Below, in pieces: positions 1 to 8,828 of a stretch of DNA of 64,000 nucleotides. Below the pieces are notes generated by a model, which was not told the origin of the DNA, did not search any database, and saw nothing but the letters and a program-made list of their open reading frames with translations. The stretch's first letter is position 1, and every line of letters starts with the position of its first letter. A program made the translations under genes and the position numbers. Source of the DNA: Fibrobacterota bacterium (lineage in GTDB: Bacteria > Fibrobacterota > Fibrobacteria > UBA11236); NCBI GenBank assembly GCA_019509785.1, contig JAEKLQ010000037.1, positions 3,324 through 67,323 on the forward strand. The letters are read 5' to 3'.

Positions 1-1525
1 CCAGCAGGCCGATGGCACCACCAGCCGCAAATACGGCGGCACGGGCCTGGGATTATCCATCTCGCGCGAAATCGCCCGGCTCCTGGGCGGCGAGATCAAG
101 CTCAGGTCGGCCTTGGGCGAAGGTTCCACATTCACTCTCTACCTACCGCTCGATTACAAGCCGCACACCTTGGGCAAGATATCCGACGCCGGGCAGCCGT
201 TGCTGCCGTCCCCCGCCGAGGCCCGCCGCGACATGCCCCGCGAGGCCGCCCCGGCCGAAATGGCCCAACGCGATTGGCAGGCCTTCAGCGAAGTCCGGAC
301 CGTACCGAAGCCCCAACCGGTTACCGATGATCGCGAGTCCATCAAAACCGGCGACCAGGTGGTGATGATCGTGGAAGACGACGCGAATTTCTCCTACCTG
401 CTGCTGGGCGTCGCTCGCGAGAAGGGCTTCAAAGGTATCGTCGTGCCGTGGGGGAATTCGGTGATGTCCCTCGCCCGCGAATACCAGCCGGACGCCATCA
501 CCTTGGATCTGCATCTGCCGGATATGGACGGCTGGAGCGTGCTGGCCCGTCTCAAGGAGGATTCGGCCACCCGCCACATCCCGGTGCATATCATCTCCGT
601 CGACGAAGAGCGCGATCGCGGCTTGCGGGCCGGCGCCTTGTCGTTCCTCAATAAGCCGGCCACCAAGGAAACCTTGGATGAAGCCTTCGCGGACATCCAG
701 GCATTCATCGCCAAGGGCGTGCGTAACCTGCTGGTCGTCGAGGATAATGCCGATCAAAGGACCGCCATCCTGGAGCTCGTGGCCGATCCGGACGTGGAAG
801 TCGACGCCGTAGGCACCGGCGCCGAGGCCCTGGCCATCATGCGATCCAAACATATCGATTGCATGGTTATGGATCTGGGTCTGCCGGACATGGACGGGTT
901 CGCCATGATCGAGGAGATCAAGAAGGATCCGGCGTTGCGGGAAGTACCCATCGTGGTCTACACCGGCAAGGACCTGACCACCAAGCAGGAATCGCAACTA
1001 CGCGAGGTGGCGCAATCCATCATCATTAAGGACGTGCGTTCACCCGAGCGGTTGCTCGATGAGACCGCGCTCTTCCTGCATCGCGTACAGAAGCGCCTGC
1101 CGGAGCATAAACGCAAGATGCTGGAGCAGTTGCACCAATCCGACGCCCTGCTCCACGGGAAAAAGGTATTGGTGGTAGACGACGATATCCGGAACATCTT
1201 CGCCATGACCAGCCTGTTGGAACGGCACGGCATGGAGGTCATCACCGCGGAGAACGGCAAGGATGCCATCCAGATCCTGGAGAAGGGGTTGCATATCGAC
1301 GCGGTGCTGATGGACATCATGATGCCCGAGATGGACGGGTACGATACCATGCGCGCCATCCGCCGCATGCCGCAGTACCAGGCCTTGCCCATCGTGGCCC
1401 TCACGGCGAAAGCCATGAAGGGGGATCGCGAGAAGTGCATCGAAGCGGGAGCCAGCGATTACATCTCCAAGCCGGTGGATACCGATCAGCTCTTGTCCCT
1501 CCTGCGCGTATGGGTGTACCGCTGA
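1..1525 (+). CDS. Hybrid sensor histidine kinase, C-terminal part (end of HATPase_c plus three receiver domains); 5' end lies upstream of the window
   Basis: Frame 2 is open from the window edge. The first residues ..YGGTGLGLSISREIARLLGGEIKLRSALGEGSTFTLYLPL are the G2-box/ATP-lid end of a HATPase_c domain. Three receiver cores follow (LDLHLPDMDG, MDLGLPDMDG, MDIMMPEMDG). The TGA stop at 1523-1525 overlaps the next ATG. Confidence 0.85.
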   Translation, partial: QQADGTTSRKYGGTGLGLSISREIARLLGGEIKLRSALGEGSTFTLYLPLDYKPHTLGKISDAGQPLLPSPAEARRDMPREAAPAEMAQRDWQAFSEVRTVPKPQPVTDDRESIKTGDQVVMIVEDDANFSYLLLGVAREKGFKGIVVPWGNSVMSLAREYQPDAITLDLHLPDMDGWSVLARLKEDSATRHIPVHIISVDEERDRGLRAGALSFLNKPATKETLDEAFADIQAFIAKGVRNLLVVEDNADQRTAILELVADPDVEVDAVGTGAEALAIMRSKHIDCMVMDLGLPDMDGFAMIEEIKKDPALREVPIVVYTGKDLTTKQESQLREVAQSIIIKDVRSPERLLDETALFLHRVQKRLPEHKRKMLEQLHQSDALLHGKKVLVVDDDIRNIFAMTSLLERHGMEVITAENGKDAIQILEKGLHIDAVLMDIMMPEMDGYDTMRAIRRMPQYQALPIVALTAKAMKGDREKCIEAGASDYISKPVDTDQLLSLLRVWVYR

Positions 1526-2367
1526 TGCCCGCCCGAAAATCCGCGCTTAAAGAGGGGCGGGTCGGCGAGGAGCTGAACCCCATCCTCGAGGGAATCCTGG
1601 ATCGATACGGATACGATTTCCGCGATTACTCCCGGCCGGTACTGGAAGGACGGGTGCGCTTCTTCATGAAGCAGGAGGGTATCCCGGATCTGGCCGCCTT
1701 CGGCGATCGCATCCTGTCCATCCCGGAGATCATGCAAAGGTTCCTGCTCGCGTTATCCTCGACCGGCGCGGCCATGTTCAAGGAACCGGAGCTGTACGCG
1801 GCCATCCGCCGGGACATCGTACCCGTCCTGCGGACTTACCCGTTCATACGCATCTGGCATGCCGGCTGCGGGAGCGGGCAGGAGGCTTATTCCATGGCCA
1901 TCCTGCTCGCCGAAGAAGGCCTCTACGATCGTTGCCGCATCTACGCCACCGATATGGACGAAAGTTCCTTGCGAAAAGCCCGCGACGGGATTTTTTCGAT
2001 ACAGTCCATGCGTAAGTACGCCCAGAATTACGTCCAGGCGGGCGGGAAGAACTCCTTTTCCGACTACTACACGGCCAAGTACAACAGCGCCATCATCAAC
2101 GCCTCGCTCCGGAAGAACATCGTTTTCGGCCAGCATAACCTTGTTTCGGACGGCTCGTTCAACGAGTTTCAGGTCATCTTTTGCCGCAACGTGCTGGGCT
2201 ATTTCAACGATCGCCTGCAGGAGCGGGTACTAGGCCTTTTGCACGGGAGCCTGGGCATGTTCGGGTACCTGGGGCTGGGCCCCAAGGAAACCTTGCCTGC
2301 GGGCGGCTATCAAGGCTGCTTCAACGAAATCGACGCGAAGCATCGACTCTATCGGAAGGTCGCATAA
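1525..2367 (+). CDS. cheR: CheR-type protein-glutamate O-methyltransferase
   Basis: SAM-binding motif IWHAGCGSGQEAYSMAILLAE and tail FCRNVLGYF are typical of CheR. The ATG at 1525 overlaps the upstream TGA (TGATG). The TAA stop at 2365-2367 overlaps the next ATG (TAATG). The ORF track's longer start at 1435 would overlap the upstream kinase and was not used. Confidence 0.85.
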   Translation: MPARKSALKEGRVGEELNPILEGILDRYGYDFRDYSRPVLEGRVRFFMKQEGIPDLAAFGDRILSIPEIMQRFLLALSSTGAAMFKEPELYAAIRRDIVPVLRTYPFIRIWHAGCGSGQEAYSMAILLAEEGLYDRCRIYATDMDESSLRKARDGIFSIQSMRKYAQNYVQAGGKNSFSDYYTAKYNSAIINASLRKNIVFGQHNLVSDGSFNEFQVIFCRNVLGYFNDRLQERVLGLLHGSLGMFGYLGLGPKETLPAGGYQGCFNEIDAKHRLYRKVA

Positions 2368-4514
2368 TGGCGGAGGGCAAACTGGGCAACGGCGCATCGG
2401 ATGGTCCTTCTTTCGATGCGTCAGGGCCGCATGAAGAATCCGCGCATGGCCAGGGTGCCGTAATGTACGGGGAACCGACCTATCCCGCCAACGGGCATTC
2501 CATGGCCCTGCCGGCGGCCCAGGAGGAAAAAGTCAAAGTCCTCCTGGTGGACGATCTGCCGCATAAATTGACCGCGCTGCATGCCATCCTGGAGAACGAG
2601 AACCTGTCCCTGGTGACGGCCACTTCCGGATTCGACGCCTTGCGTAATCTTCTGCGCGAGGATTTCGCCGTCATCCTCCTCGACGTGATGATGCCCGGCC
2701 TGGACGGTTTCGAGACGGCCGCCCTAATCCGCCAGCGGAAGCGTTCGGAGCATACCCCCATCATCTTCATTACCGCCAACCTCGCGGACAACAACCTCTC
2801 CAAGGGCTACTCCCTGGGCGCCGTGGATTACATCTATGCGCCGGTCGTTCCCGAAATCCTGAAGGCCAAGGTGGCCGTATTCGTGGAGTTGTTCCGCATC
2901 AACCGCAAGGTGAGGCAGCAGACCCGCGCCTTGCGCACTTATACCCTCGACCTCGAGGTCGTGAACAAACAGCTCGAGCACCGCACGCGGGAATTGCAAT
3001 CCAGCCGCGAAAGCTTCCGTAATATCGTGGAAAAGAACCAAGAAGGGATCGCCGTGGTGGATGCCGCGGGAAGCATCCGCTTCGCCAATCCCGCTTTCGC
3101 CCGCCTGCTGGGCGAACGGGGAGGAGAAGCTTCCGGTGGCGTGATCGGGAAGCCGTTCCCTTTCCAACTCGAAGCCGGCTCCATCCGCGAATTGGAGCAC
3201 ACCGGCGCGGACGGGAAGCCGATCCATATCGAAGTGTCCTTGGCGGAAACCCAATGGGAAGGCGGAACCGCCTACCTGGCCAGCGTGCGCGACGTAAGCA
3301 TGCGGATCGATGCCGAAGCAGCGCTGCGCGACAGCGAGGAAAAGCTGCGGCAGGCCCAGAAGCTCGAATCCATCGGGCGCCTGGCCGGCGGCGTGGCCCA
3401 TGATTTCAATAACCTCCTCACGGCCATCAACGGCTACACCGACATGGTGCTTGCCAGCTTGGAGGATTCCGATTCCAACAAATCCTACCTGCAGGAAGTG
3501 CGCCGATCGGGGGAACGCGCCGCCGAGCTGACCCACCAATTGCTGGCCTACAGCCGCAAGCAGGTGCTCGTGCCCAAGCTGCTCAATTTGAACAGCGTGG
3601 TGGACAACATGACCAACATGCTGCGCCGCCTGATCGGGGACAATATCGACCTGGTTTCGGCTCCGGACACGGATTTGGGTTTGGTCAAGGCCGATCCCGG
3701 CCAGCTAGAGCAATTGATCATGAACCTGGTGGTCAACGCCAAGGATGCCATGCCGGACGGGGGCCGCATCACCGTTTCCACCGGCATGGAAACCTTGGCC
3801 CAGGATTCGGACGCCCTGCATCCCATCGACAAGGAGTTATCCGTCGTACCCGGCCAGTACGTGGTCCTCAGCGTGGCCGATACCGGCATCGGCATGGACG
3901 ACGATACGCGCAGCCGCATTTTCGAACCCTTCTTCACGACCAAGGAAGTGGGGCGGGGGACCGGCCTGGGCCTCTCCATGGTGTACGGCTTCGTCAAGCA
4001 AAGCGGGGGTAACATCACGGTTACGAGCGCTCCGGGTGCGGGCACCACCTTCCGCATTTACCTTCCCTTGGCGCCCGGCGGAGCCGCCTGGACTCCCGAG
4101 GCCCATGACGGAAGCATCGTCGAATCCGGATCCGAAACCATCCTGCTGGTGGAGGATGAAGCCACCGTCCGCAAGTTCCTCCTGAACGTCCTGACCCAAG
4201 TGGGATACCGGGTGATCGAAGCGGAGGACGGCAAGCACGCCCTGGATATCACCGGGACCCTTACCGAGCCCATCCACCTCCTCCTGACGGACGTGATGAT
4301 GGCCAACATGGGCGGCCGCGAATTGGCGGCCAGGCTCTCGGAACGCCGCCCCGCGATGAAGATCCTTTTCATGTCCGGGTACGCCGAGGACGTGCGGCCC
4401 GATGGATGGGAAAGCCTCGGCGGAGTAGACTTCCTGCAGAAACCCTTTTCCCCGGGCATGCTGGCCCAACGGGTACGGTCGGTTCTGGATTCCACTCGGG
4501 CCTTGGCCGATTGA
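2367..4514 (+). CDS. Hybrid two-component protein: receiver - coiled coil - PAS - HisKA/HATPase_c - receiver
   Basis: N-terminal receiver (VLLVDDLP..LLDVMMPGLDG..YIYAPV), a PAS-like segment (FRNIVEKNQEGIAVVD), H-box HDFNNLLTAINGY, N/G boxes (NLVVNAKDAMP, DTGIGMD, GTGLGLSMV) and a C-terminal receiver (ILLVEDE..LLTDVMMANMGG..FLQKP). Start chosen at the TAATG overlap. Confidence 0.85.
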   Translation: MAEGKLGNGASDGPSFDASGPHEESAHGQGAVMYGEPTYPANGHSMALPAAQEEKVKVLLVDDLPHKLTALHAILENENLSLVTATSGFDALRNLLREDFAVILLDVMMPGLDGFETAALIRQRKRSEHTPIIFITANLADNNLSKGYSLGAVDYIYAPVVPEILKAKVAVFVELFRINRKVRQQTRALRTYTLDLEVVNKQLEHRTRELQSSRESFRNIVEKNQEGIAVVDAAGSIRFANPAFARLLGERGGEASGGVIGKPFPFQLEAGSIRELEHTGADGKPIHIEVSLAETQWEGGTAYLASVRDVSMRIDAEAALRDSEEKLRQAQKLESIGRLAGGVAHDFNNLLTAINGYTDMVLASLEDSDSNKSYLQEVRRSGERAAELTHQLLAYSRKQVLVPKLLNLNSVVDNMTNMLRRLIGDNIDLVSAPDTDLGLVKADPGQLEQLIMNLVVNAKDAMPDGGRITVSTGMETLAQDSDALHPIDKELSVVPGQYVVLSVADTGIGMDDDTRSRIFEPFFTTKEVGRGTGLGLSMVYGFVKQSGGNITVTSAPGAGTTFRIYLPLAPGGAAWTPEAHDGSIVESGSETILLVEDEATVRKFLLNVLTQVGYRVIEAEDGKHALDITGTLTEPIHLLLTDVMMANMGGRELAARLSERRPAMKILFMSGYAEDVRPDGWESLGGVDFLQKPFSPGMLAQRVRSVLDSTRALAD

Positions 4515-4752
4515 AAAAACTTCGGGCGGGGCGGTTTTTCCTGAAGGAATAGTTTTTTCCGGAGGACCCAAGTACCGTTTCCAAGAACCCATCCACGGGT
4601 GGTGGCATTCGCTCCGCGTGACTAAATTTCCTCAATAGGGAACGCAAGGAAAAAAATCCGACGATTCCTGACGTTTCCCCCATTTCCGGGAAGGGAAGCG
4701 GGTTGGCAATCTGACGCGATTGGGCGTGGGCATTGCCTTCTTGATAAATTGG

Positions 4753-4780
4753 TTGAATCGCCGACCGGACATGGGATAAT
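4753..4780 (+). promoter_or_regulatory. Candidate sigma-70-type promoter upstream of the sigma factor gene (TTGAAT-N16-GATAAT)
   Basis: TTGAAT at 4753-4758 and GATAAT at 4775-4780 with a 16-nt spacer, about 30 nt upstream of the AAGGAG RBS and the ATG at 4813. This is pattern match only, and the promoter consensus of this lineage is unknown. Confidence 0.3.
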
Positions 4781-4812
4781 AGAACGGATCCCACCACCAA
4801 GGAGTTTCGTCC

Positions 4813-5736
4813 ATGGATGTGCCCAAGGCTTCTAAGGAACGCCAAGAATCCCGCCGCGTCGCCGGGGTATCCGCTTCTTCCCCTAGGATCGAGCCCCGGG
4901 TCCGCTTCATGCAGGATGAGGACGGGCTGGGCGCGTATTTGCGCGAGATCGGGAAGAACCGATTACTCTCGCTGGGGGAGGAGCGCGAGCTCTTGGCCCG
5001 TATGCGCAAGGGCGACAAGCGCGCCTTCAAGGATCTCATCACCGCGAACCTCCGTTTCGTGGTTTCGGTATGCCGCAAATACCAGCATCAGGGCCTGCCG
5101 CTCATCGATTTGATCAGCGAAGGGAATCTCGGCCTTATCCGCGCGGCGCAAAGCTTCGACGATACCCGCACTTGCCGCTTCATCAGCTACGCCGTGTGGT
5201 GGGTGCGCCAGCGCATATTGCAAGCGCTCGCGGAACAATCCCGGAACATCAGCCTGCCGGTAGGGAAAGCGGCCTTGTTGCGTAAGCTGAGCCATGTGCG
5301 CAAGATCCTGGAACAGAAGCAGGGTCGCGAACCGCTGCCCAGCGAACTCGCCGAAGCCCTGCGTATCAACGAGAAAGAGGTGCTGGATCTTTTGCAAGCG
5401 GGCCGGAGCTCGCTGTCGTTGAGCGAACCCGGCGCCGGAATGGAAGACATCCCCATCGAAGACATGATCGCGGATCAAAGCGCGGAAAGCCCGGACCAGA
5501 GGATCGACGCCGCCCGCCGCCAGCGCGGCGTGCTCGAGGTGGTTAACGGGCTCAAGGAACTGGAAGCCCTGGTGTTGCGTTTGTACTTCGGACTGGGCCA
5601 GGAACATGCCTTAACGCTGGAGGAAATCAGCCAGCGGCTGGACGTCAGCCCGGAGCGCATCCGCCAGATCAAGGAGAACGCGCTCCATCGGCTGCGTCAT
5701 CCCAGCCGCATCCAACAGCTCATGGACGTCGCCTGA
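4813..5736 (+). CDS. RNA polymerase sigma factor, sigma-70 family (short RpoD-like, regions 1.2-4)
   Basis: YLREIGKNRLLS (region 1.2). ANLRFVVSVCRKYQHQGLPLIDLISEGNLGLIRAAQSFD..FISYAVWWVRQRILQALAEQSR (regions 2.1-2.4). LTLEEISQRLDVSPERIRQIKENALHRLRH (region 4.2). AAGGAG lies 8 nt upstream of the ATG at 4813; an alternative start is the ATG at 4909. Confidence 0.85.
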   Translation: MDVPKASKERQESRRVAGVSASSPRIEPRVRFMQDEDGLGAYLREIGKNRLLSLGEERELLARMRKGDKRAFKDLITANLRFVVSVCRKYQHQGLPLIDLISEGNLGLIRAAQSFDDTRTCRFISYAVWWVRQRILQALAEQSRNISLPVGKAALLRKLSHVRKILEQKQGREPLPSELAEALRINEKEVLDLLQAGRSSLSLSEPGAGMEDIPIEDMIADQSAESPDQRIDAARRQRGVLEVVNGLKELEALVLRLYFGLGQEHALTLEEISQRLDVSPERIRQIKENALHRLRHPSRIQQLMDVA

Positions 5737-5776
5737 AGGCGACGGCCGCGGCCCGGTCCCGATACCGCCCCGTCGA

Positions 5777-5814
5777 CGCTACCGTAACTTCGATGTTACG
5801 GTAGCGTTTTTTTT
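5777..5814 (+). terminator. Rho-independent terminator of the sigma factor gene
   Basis: A perfect 12-bp stem CGCTACCGTAAC / GTTACGGTAGCG with a 6-nt loop is followed by T8 (5807-5814). Confidence 0.85.
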
Positions 5815-5918
5815 GGCCATCAACCATGGGGTAAACCCGAGGGCGGAATCCGTCGTGGCGGGCTACCGGGGTTTGAGGTCTTGAAAAAGAGGAAGGCATG
5901 GGGGCATAATCATCAAGA

Positions 5919-7064
5919 ATGCGCCTTTCCCCGCTTTTCACCATTTGCGCGATAATCGCGTCCTGCTTCCAACATGCCCTGGCCTCGGAGGCGGACACGG
6001 TCGATCAAAAGCGCGTGCATGCCGAATACGGGGACGGCAATTTCGAAACCGTGGTGCAAATCCTGGAAGATTACCGCGGCCGACATGAGCATTACCGCGC
6101 GGCCGACAGCGTGGTGATCGCGAAGTATCTCGGGGTGATCTACGCGGCCAACCCCGATTCCCGCGAGAAGGGCAAGTACTGGCTCTACCGCATGCTGCAA
6201 CTCGATCCCGGGCAGGACCTGGTCGATTTGTACGTGGGCGAGGAGGTCCAGGCGGTCTTCGACAAGGTGCGGCAGGAATTCGTGGTGCGCCGCAATTACC
6301 GGGGCATAAACGATACCCGGCTCAACAAGGCGGTGGCCGCGGGCGATCCCCCTAAACGCGATACCGTGGTCCGCAAGGACACCGTCGTGGTCAGGGACAA
6401 TTATTTATCGCCAATCGTGACTCCGATCACCGAGGGGATAAGGGGCGGCTACGACGAAGTGAAGGGCGGGATCAAGGCCGGCATCGAAGCCGGGTACGTC
6501 CCCGTCAAAGAAGAGGCCCGCCCGGACGATAACGGCTTGACCGGCAACATCAACGCGGGGGCCGGGCTCAAGTTCGTGGAATCCCGTTGGGAAACCCTGG
6601 CCGGATTCTCGGACGAAACCGGCTTCCGGGTGGCGGCGGATTTCCGTAGGCGCAAGTGGCCCATCAATATCGCCCTCGACTTCAACTACGCGTTCTCGCC
6701 CGAGGTCTACCAAGACCTGACGGGTAGCGGGCATGGCCTGGCGAAGCAGACGATCCGCACCTACGAGATTTGCGCCGGGGTGCGCAAGATATTCGACTTC
6801 AAGCTCTACAGCGTCCGGCCCTTCTTCGGCGGGGGCCTGGGATACCTGTATACGGAATGGGATCTCAAGAGCGACAATTACGATTCCCATCTGCCGGGCG
6901 ACGCCACGGGCATCTGGGTCAACGGCGGCGTCTATTGGGAGCTGGATCGGCATTTCAACATCGGCATCGATTGGATGTACTCCTGGGCCAAGATAAGCTT
7001 CTACAACGAGTCCCTCAATAACGGCGGACAGCACCTGAATATGCTACTGGGCTACCATTACTGA
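5919..7064 (+). CDS. Secreted protein with an N-terminal helical (TPR-like) region and a C-terminal outer-membrane beta-barrel-like domain
   Basis: Signal peptide MRLSPLFTICAIIASCFQHALA|SE. The C-terminal third shows alternating hydrophobic/aromatic strands (GGGLGYLYTEWDL, GIWVNGGVYWELD, NIGIDWMYSWAKISF) and ends ..NMLLGYHY, an aromatic terminus typical of OMPs. Confidence 0.65.
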   Translation: MRLSPLFTICAIIASCFQHALASEADTVDQKRVHAEYGDGNFETVVQILEDYRGRHEHYRAADSVVIAKYLGVIYAANPDSREKGKYWLYRMLQLDPGQDLVDLYVGEEVQAVFDKVRQEFVVRRNYRGINDTRLNKAVAAGDPPKRDTVVRKDTVVVRDNYLSPIVTPITEGIRGGYDEVKGGIKAGIEAGYVPVKEEARPDDNGLTGNINAGAGLKFVESRWETLAGFSDETGFRVAADFRRRKWPINIALDFNYAFSPEVYQDLTGSGHGLAKQTIRTYEICAGVRKIFDFKLYSVRPFFGGGLGYLYTEWDLKSDNYDSHLPGDATGIWVNGGVYWELDRHFNIGIDWMYSWAKISFYNESLNNGGQHLNMLLGYHY

Positions 7065-7092
7065 AGCGCCGCCCCTTGGGGCCTTTTCCGGC

Positions 7093-8787
7093 ATGCGCGA
7101 CATCCTCATCCTACAAACCGCCCGGCTGGGCGACCTCGCGCAAACGGCTCCCATGCTGCGGAGCCTGCGCCGGAACCATCCCGGGGCCCGCCTGACCCTG
7201 GTCGCCCAAGCGGGTCCGGCGGGACTTTTGGCCGATTCGGGACTATGCGATCGCTTGGTTTGCGTGCCTTACGATGAACTCGGATCCCTGGCTGATCCCG
7301 CGGTCGAGAACGCATTCCCGGGCATCGGCTCCTTCGCGGCGGAACCCGCTTTCAGCGCGGAATACGATCTGCTGGTCAACCTCTCCAACGATCTGGGTAC
7401 CGCCGTCCTCTGCCGCCGGATCGCGGCGCGGCGCAAGCTTGGGCGCATCCACTCATTCGAAGGCGAACTGCGTTTGCTCGGTCCTTGGTCCAAGTACTTG
7501 TATGCCATGGTCACGCATCGCCGCGAAAACCTCTTCAACTTGGTGGACATCCAAACCGGAATTGCCGGCCTGGCCCCGCATCCGGAGACCGTTTCCTTGC
7601 CCGTATCCGAAGGCCGCCGCATTGAGGCCCTGGCCCTGTTGGCCGGGTTTGGAATTCGTCCCGGTCGGCTTTTGGTTTCCGGGAAACCGTTGCTCCCAGG
7701 GCAGCCTTTGGCCGCTGGGCAAACCTTGGTTCCTGGCCAAACCTTGGTTGCTTTGCAGGCCGGGGCCAGCTCTTTGCATCGCGCCTGGTCGCTGGAGAAT
7801 TTCGCGGCCTTGGGAGCGGGCCTGAGGCTCGACCCGGGAGTTCAACTGGTGTTGCTGGGGGACGCGCGCGAAAAGGATCGTTGCGCTGAATTGGCGCAGC
7901 GCATCGGCGGCGAGGGCGTAGCCAATCTGGCCGGGGCCACCTCCCTGGCCCAGATGCATGCCGTACTCGCGGTATGCGATCTGCTCATCAGCAATGATAC
8001 GGGTTCCGTACACGTAGCCGCCGCGGCGGGAACCGCCACCCTGGGACTGTATTTCTCCACGGCCTACTACGCGGAGACCGCGCCCTATGGGGCCGGGCAT
8101 ACCGTTATGCAAACTGAAATCGCCTGCGCGCCGTGCGACGCTTCCAACGTTTGCGCGGTGCAAAAATGCCGCGAATTCCTGCCGGCCGGGGCCGTACTGG
8201 AAACCGCGCGTTGGTTGTTGTCGGGGGCCCCTACGGATGCGGCTCCCGCAGCCGCCCCCAATCTTTCCTTGTACCGAAGCCGGTTCCTGAAGGATGGCAG
8301 CCTGGCTTATCTGCCCGTCCGGACCGAAGCCGCCTCCGCCCATTTCCAGGAAGCCTTGCTGGGCCGCTTGCTTTGGCAGGATGCGATGGGCCTCGGCGGC
8401 GATCCGGCTTTGGACGAGTTGCGCTTGCGGCTAAGCAGGGAAGAGCCTTTCCGGCGCCTGCGGGAAACCTTAACGAAGGCGCTGGCGGATTTGGAAATCC
8501 CCGTGCGCCGCGGCCTGGAACTGGCCGTTGCATTGCGCGCCGAGTTTAGCGCCGGGATGCCGGCGCACGAACGCATCTTGTCTTTGCACGGCGAGCTCGC
8601 CGATCTGGCCGTCGTGCTCGCCTCGGCTTCGAAGTCCGCGGGCTTGTGCGGGTCCTTCCTCCATTTCGAAATGATGGACATGGACTACGTCGCCTATCCT
8701 TCCCTGGCCGGGATCCTGGAGGAAAAGTACCGCATGCTGGCGGATTGGCTCGCGCGATTCCGCGCTACGCTTGGCGGCATGGGGTAA
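7093..8787 (+). CDS. Glycosyltransferase family 9 (heptosyltransferase-like) with a C-terminal extension of about 170 aa
   Basis: N-terminus MRDILILQTARLGDLAQTAPMLRSLRRNHPGARLTLV and DLLISNDTGSVHVAAAAGT are GT9 hallmarks. A Cys cluster CAPCDASNVCAVQKC follows. The last ~170 aa are helical and I do not recognise them. Confidence 0.75.
   Translation: MRDILILQTARLGDLAQTAPMLRSLRRNHPGARLTLVAQAGPAGLLADSGLCDRLVCVPYDELGSLADPAVENAFPGIGSFAAEPAFSAEYDLLVNLSNDLGTAVLCRRIAARRKLGRIHSFEGELRLLGPWSKYLYAMVTHRRENLFNLVDIQTGIAGLAPHPETVSLPVSEGRRIEALALLAGFGIRPGRLLVSGKPLLPGQPLAAGQTLVPGQTLVALQAGASSLHRAWSLENFAALGAGLRLDPGVQLVLLGDAREKDRCAELAQRIGGEGVANLAGATSLAQMHAVLAVCDLLISNDTGSVHVAAAAGTATLGLYFSTAYYAETAPYGAGHTVMQTEIACAPCDASNVCAVQKCREFLPAGAVLETARWLLSGAPTDAAPAAAPNLSLYRSRFLKDGSLAYLPVRTEAASAHFQEALLGRLLWQDAMGLGGDPALDELRLRLSREEPFRRLRETLTKALADLEIPVRRGLELAVALRAEFSAGMPAHERILSLHGELADLAVVLASASKSAGLCGSFLHFEMMDMDYVAYPSLAGILEEKYRMLADWLARFRATLGGMG
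7696..7749 (+). repeat. Three tandem 18-nt (6-aa) units inside the GT9 inter-domain linker (PGQPLA / AGQTLV / PGQTLV)
   Basis: The last two units gctgggcaaaccttggtt and cctggccaaaccttggtt match at 15 of 18 positions. A more diverged in-frame unit precedes them. Confidence 0.5.
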
Positions 8788-8828
8788 GCTCCCTCGGGCC
8801 CGCCCGCCGGTTTGTACTTTTCCACTTC

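Noticed and set aside
4591-4801. Long-range pairing GGGTGGTGG (about 4596) with CCACCACC (about 4791) that would sequester the sigma factor RBS
   Set aside because: It is an 8-nt complementarity separated by about 190 nt in GC-rich DNA, which is easily expected by chance. I could not verify any supporting secondary structure by eye.
8646-8828. Longer upstream starts offered by the ORF track for the SbcD-like gene, and similar extensions at 12232 (fadD), 28501 (MCO), 28480 (metalloprotease), 33066 (yraN), 51453 (lipoprotein) and 2181/1435 (kinase/CheR)
   Set aside because: In each case the extension overlaps the preceding gene or pushes a signal peptide or lipobox into the protein interior. 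The internal ATG restores a normal N-terminus and often has an RBS or a stop/start overlap.
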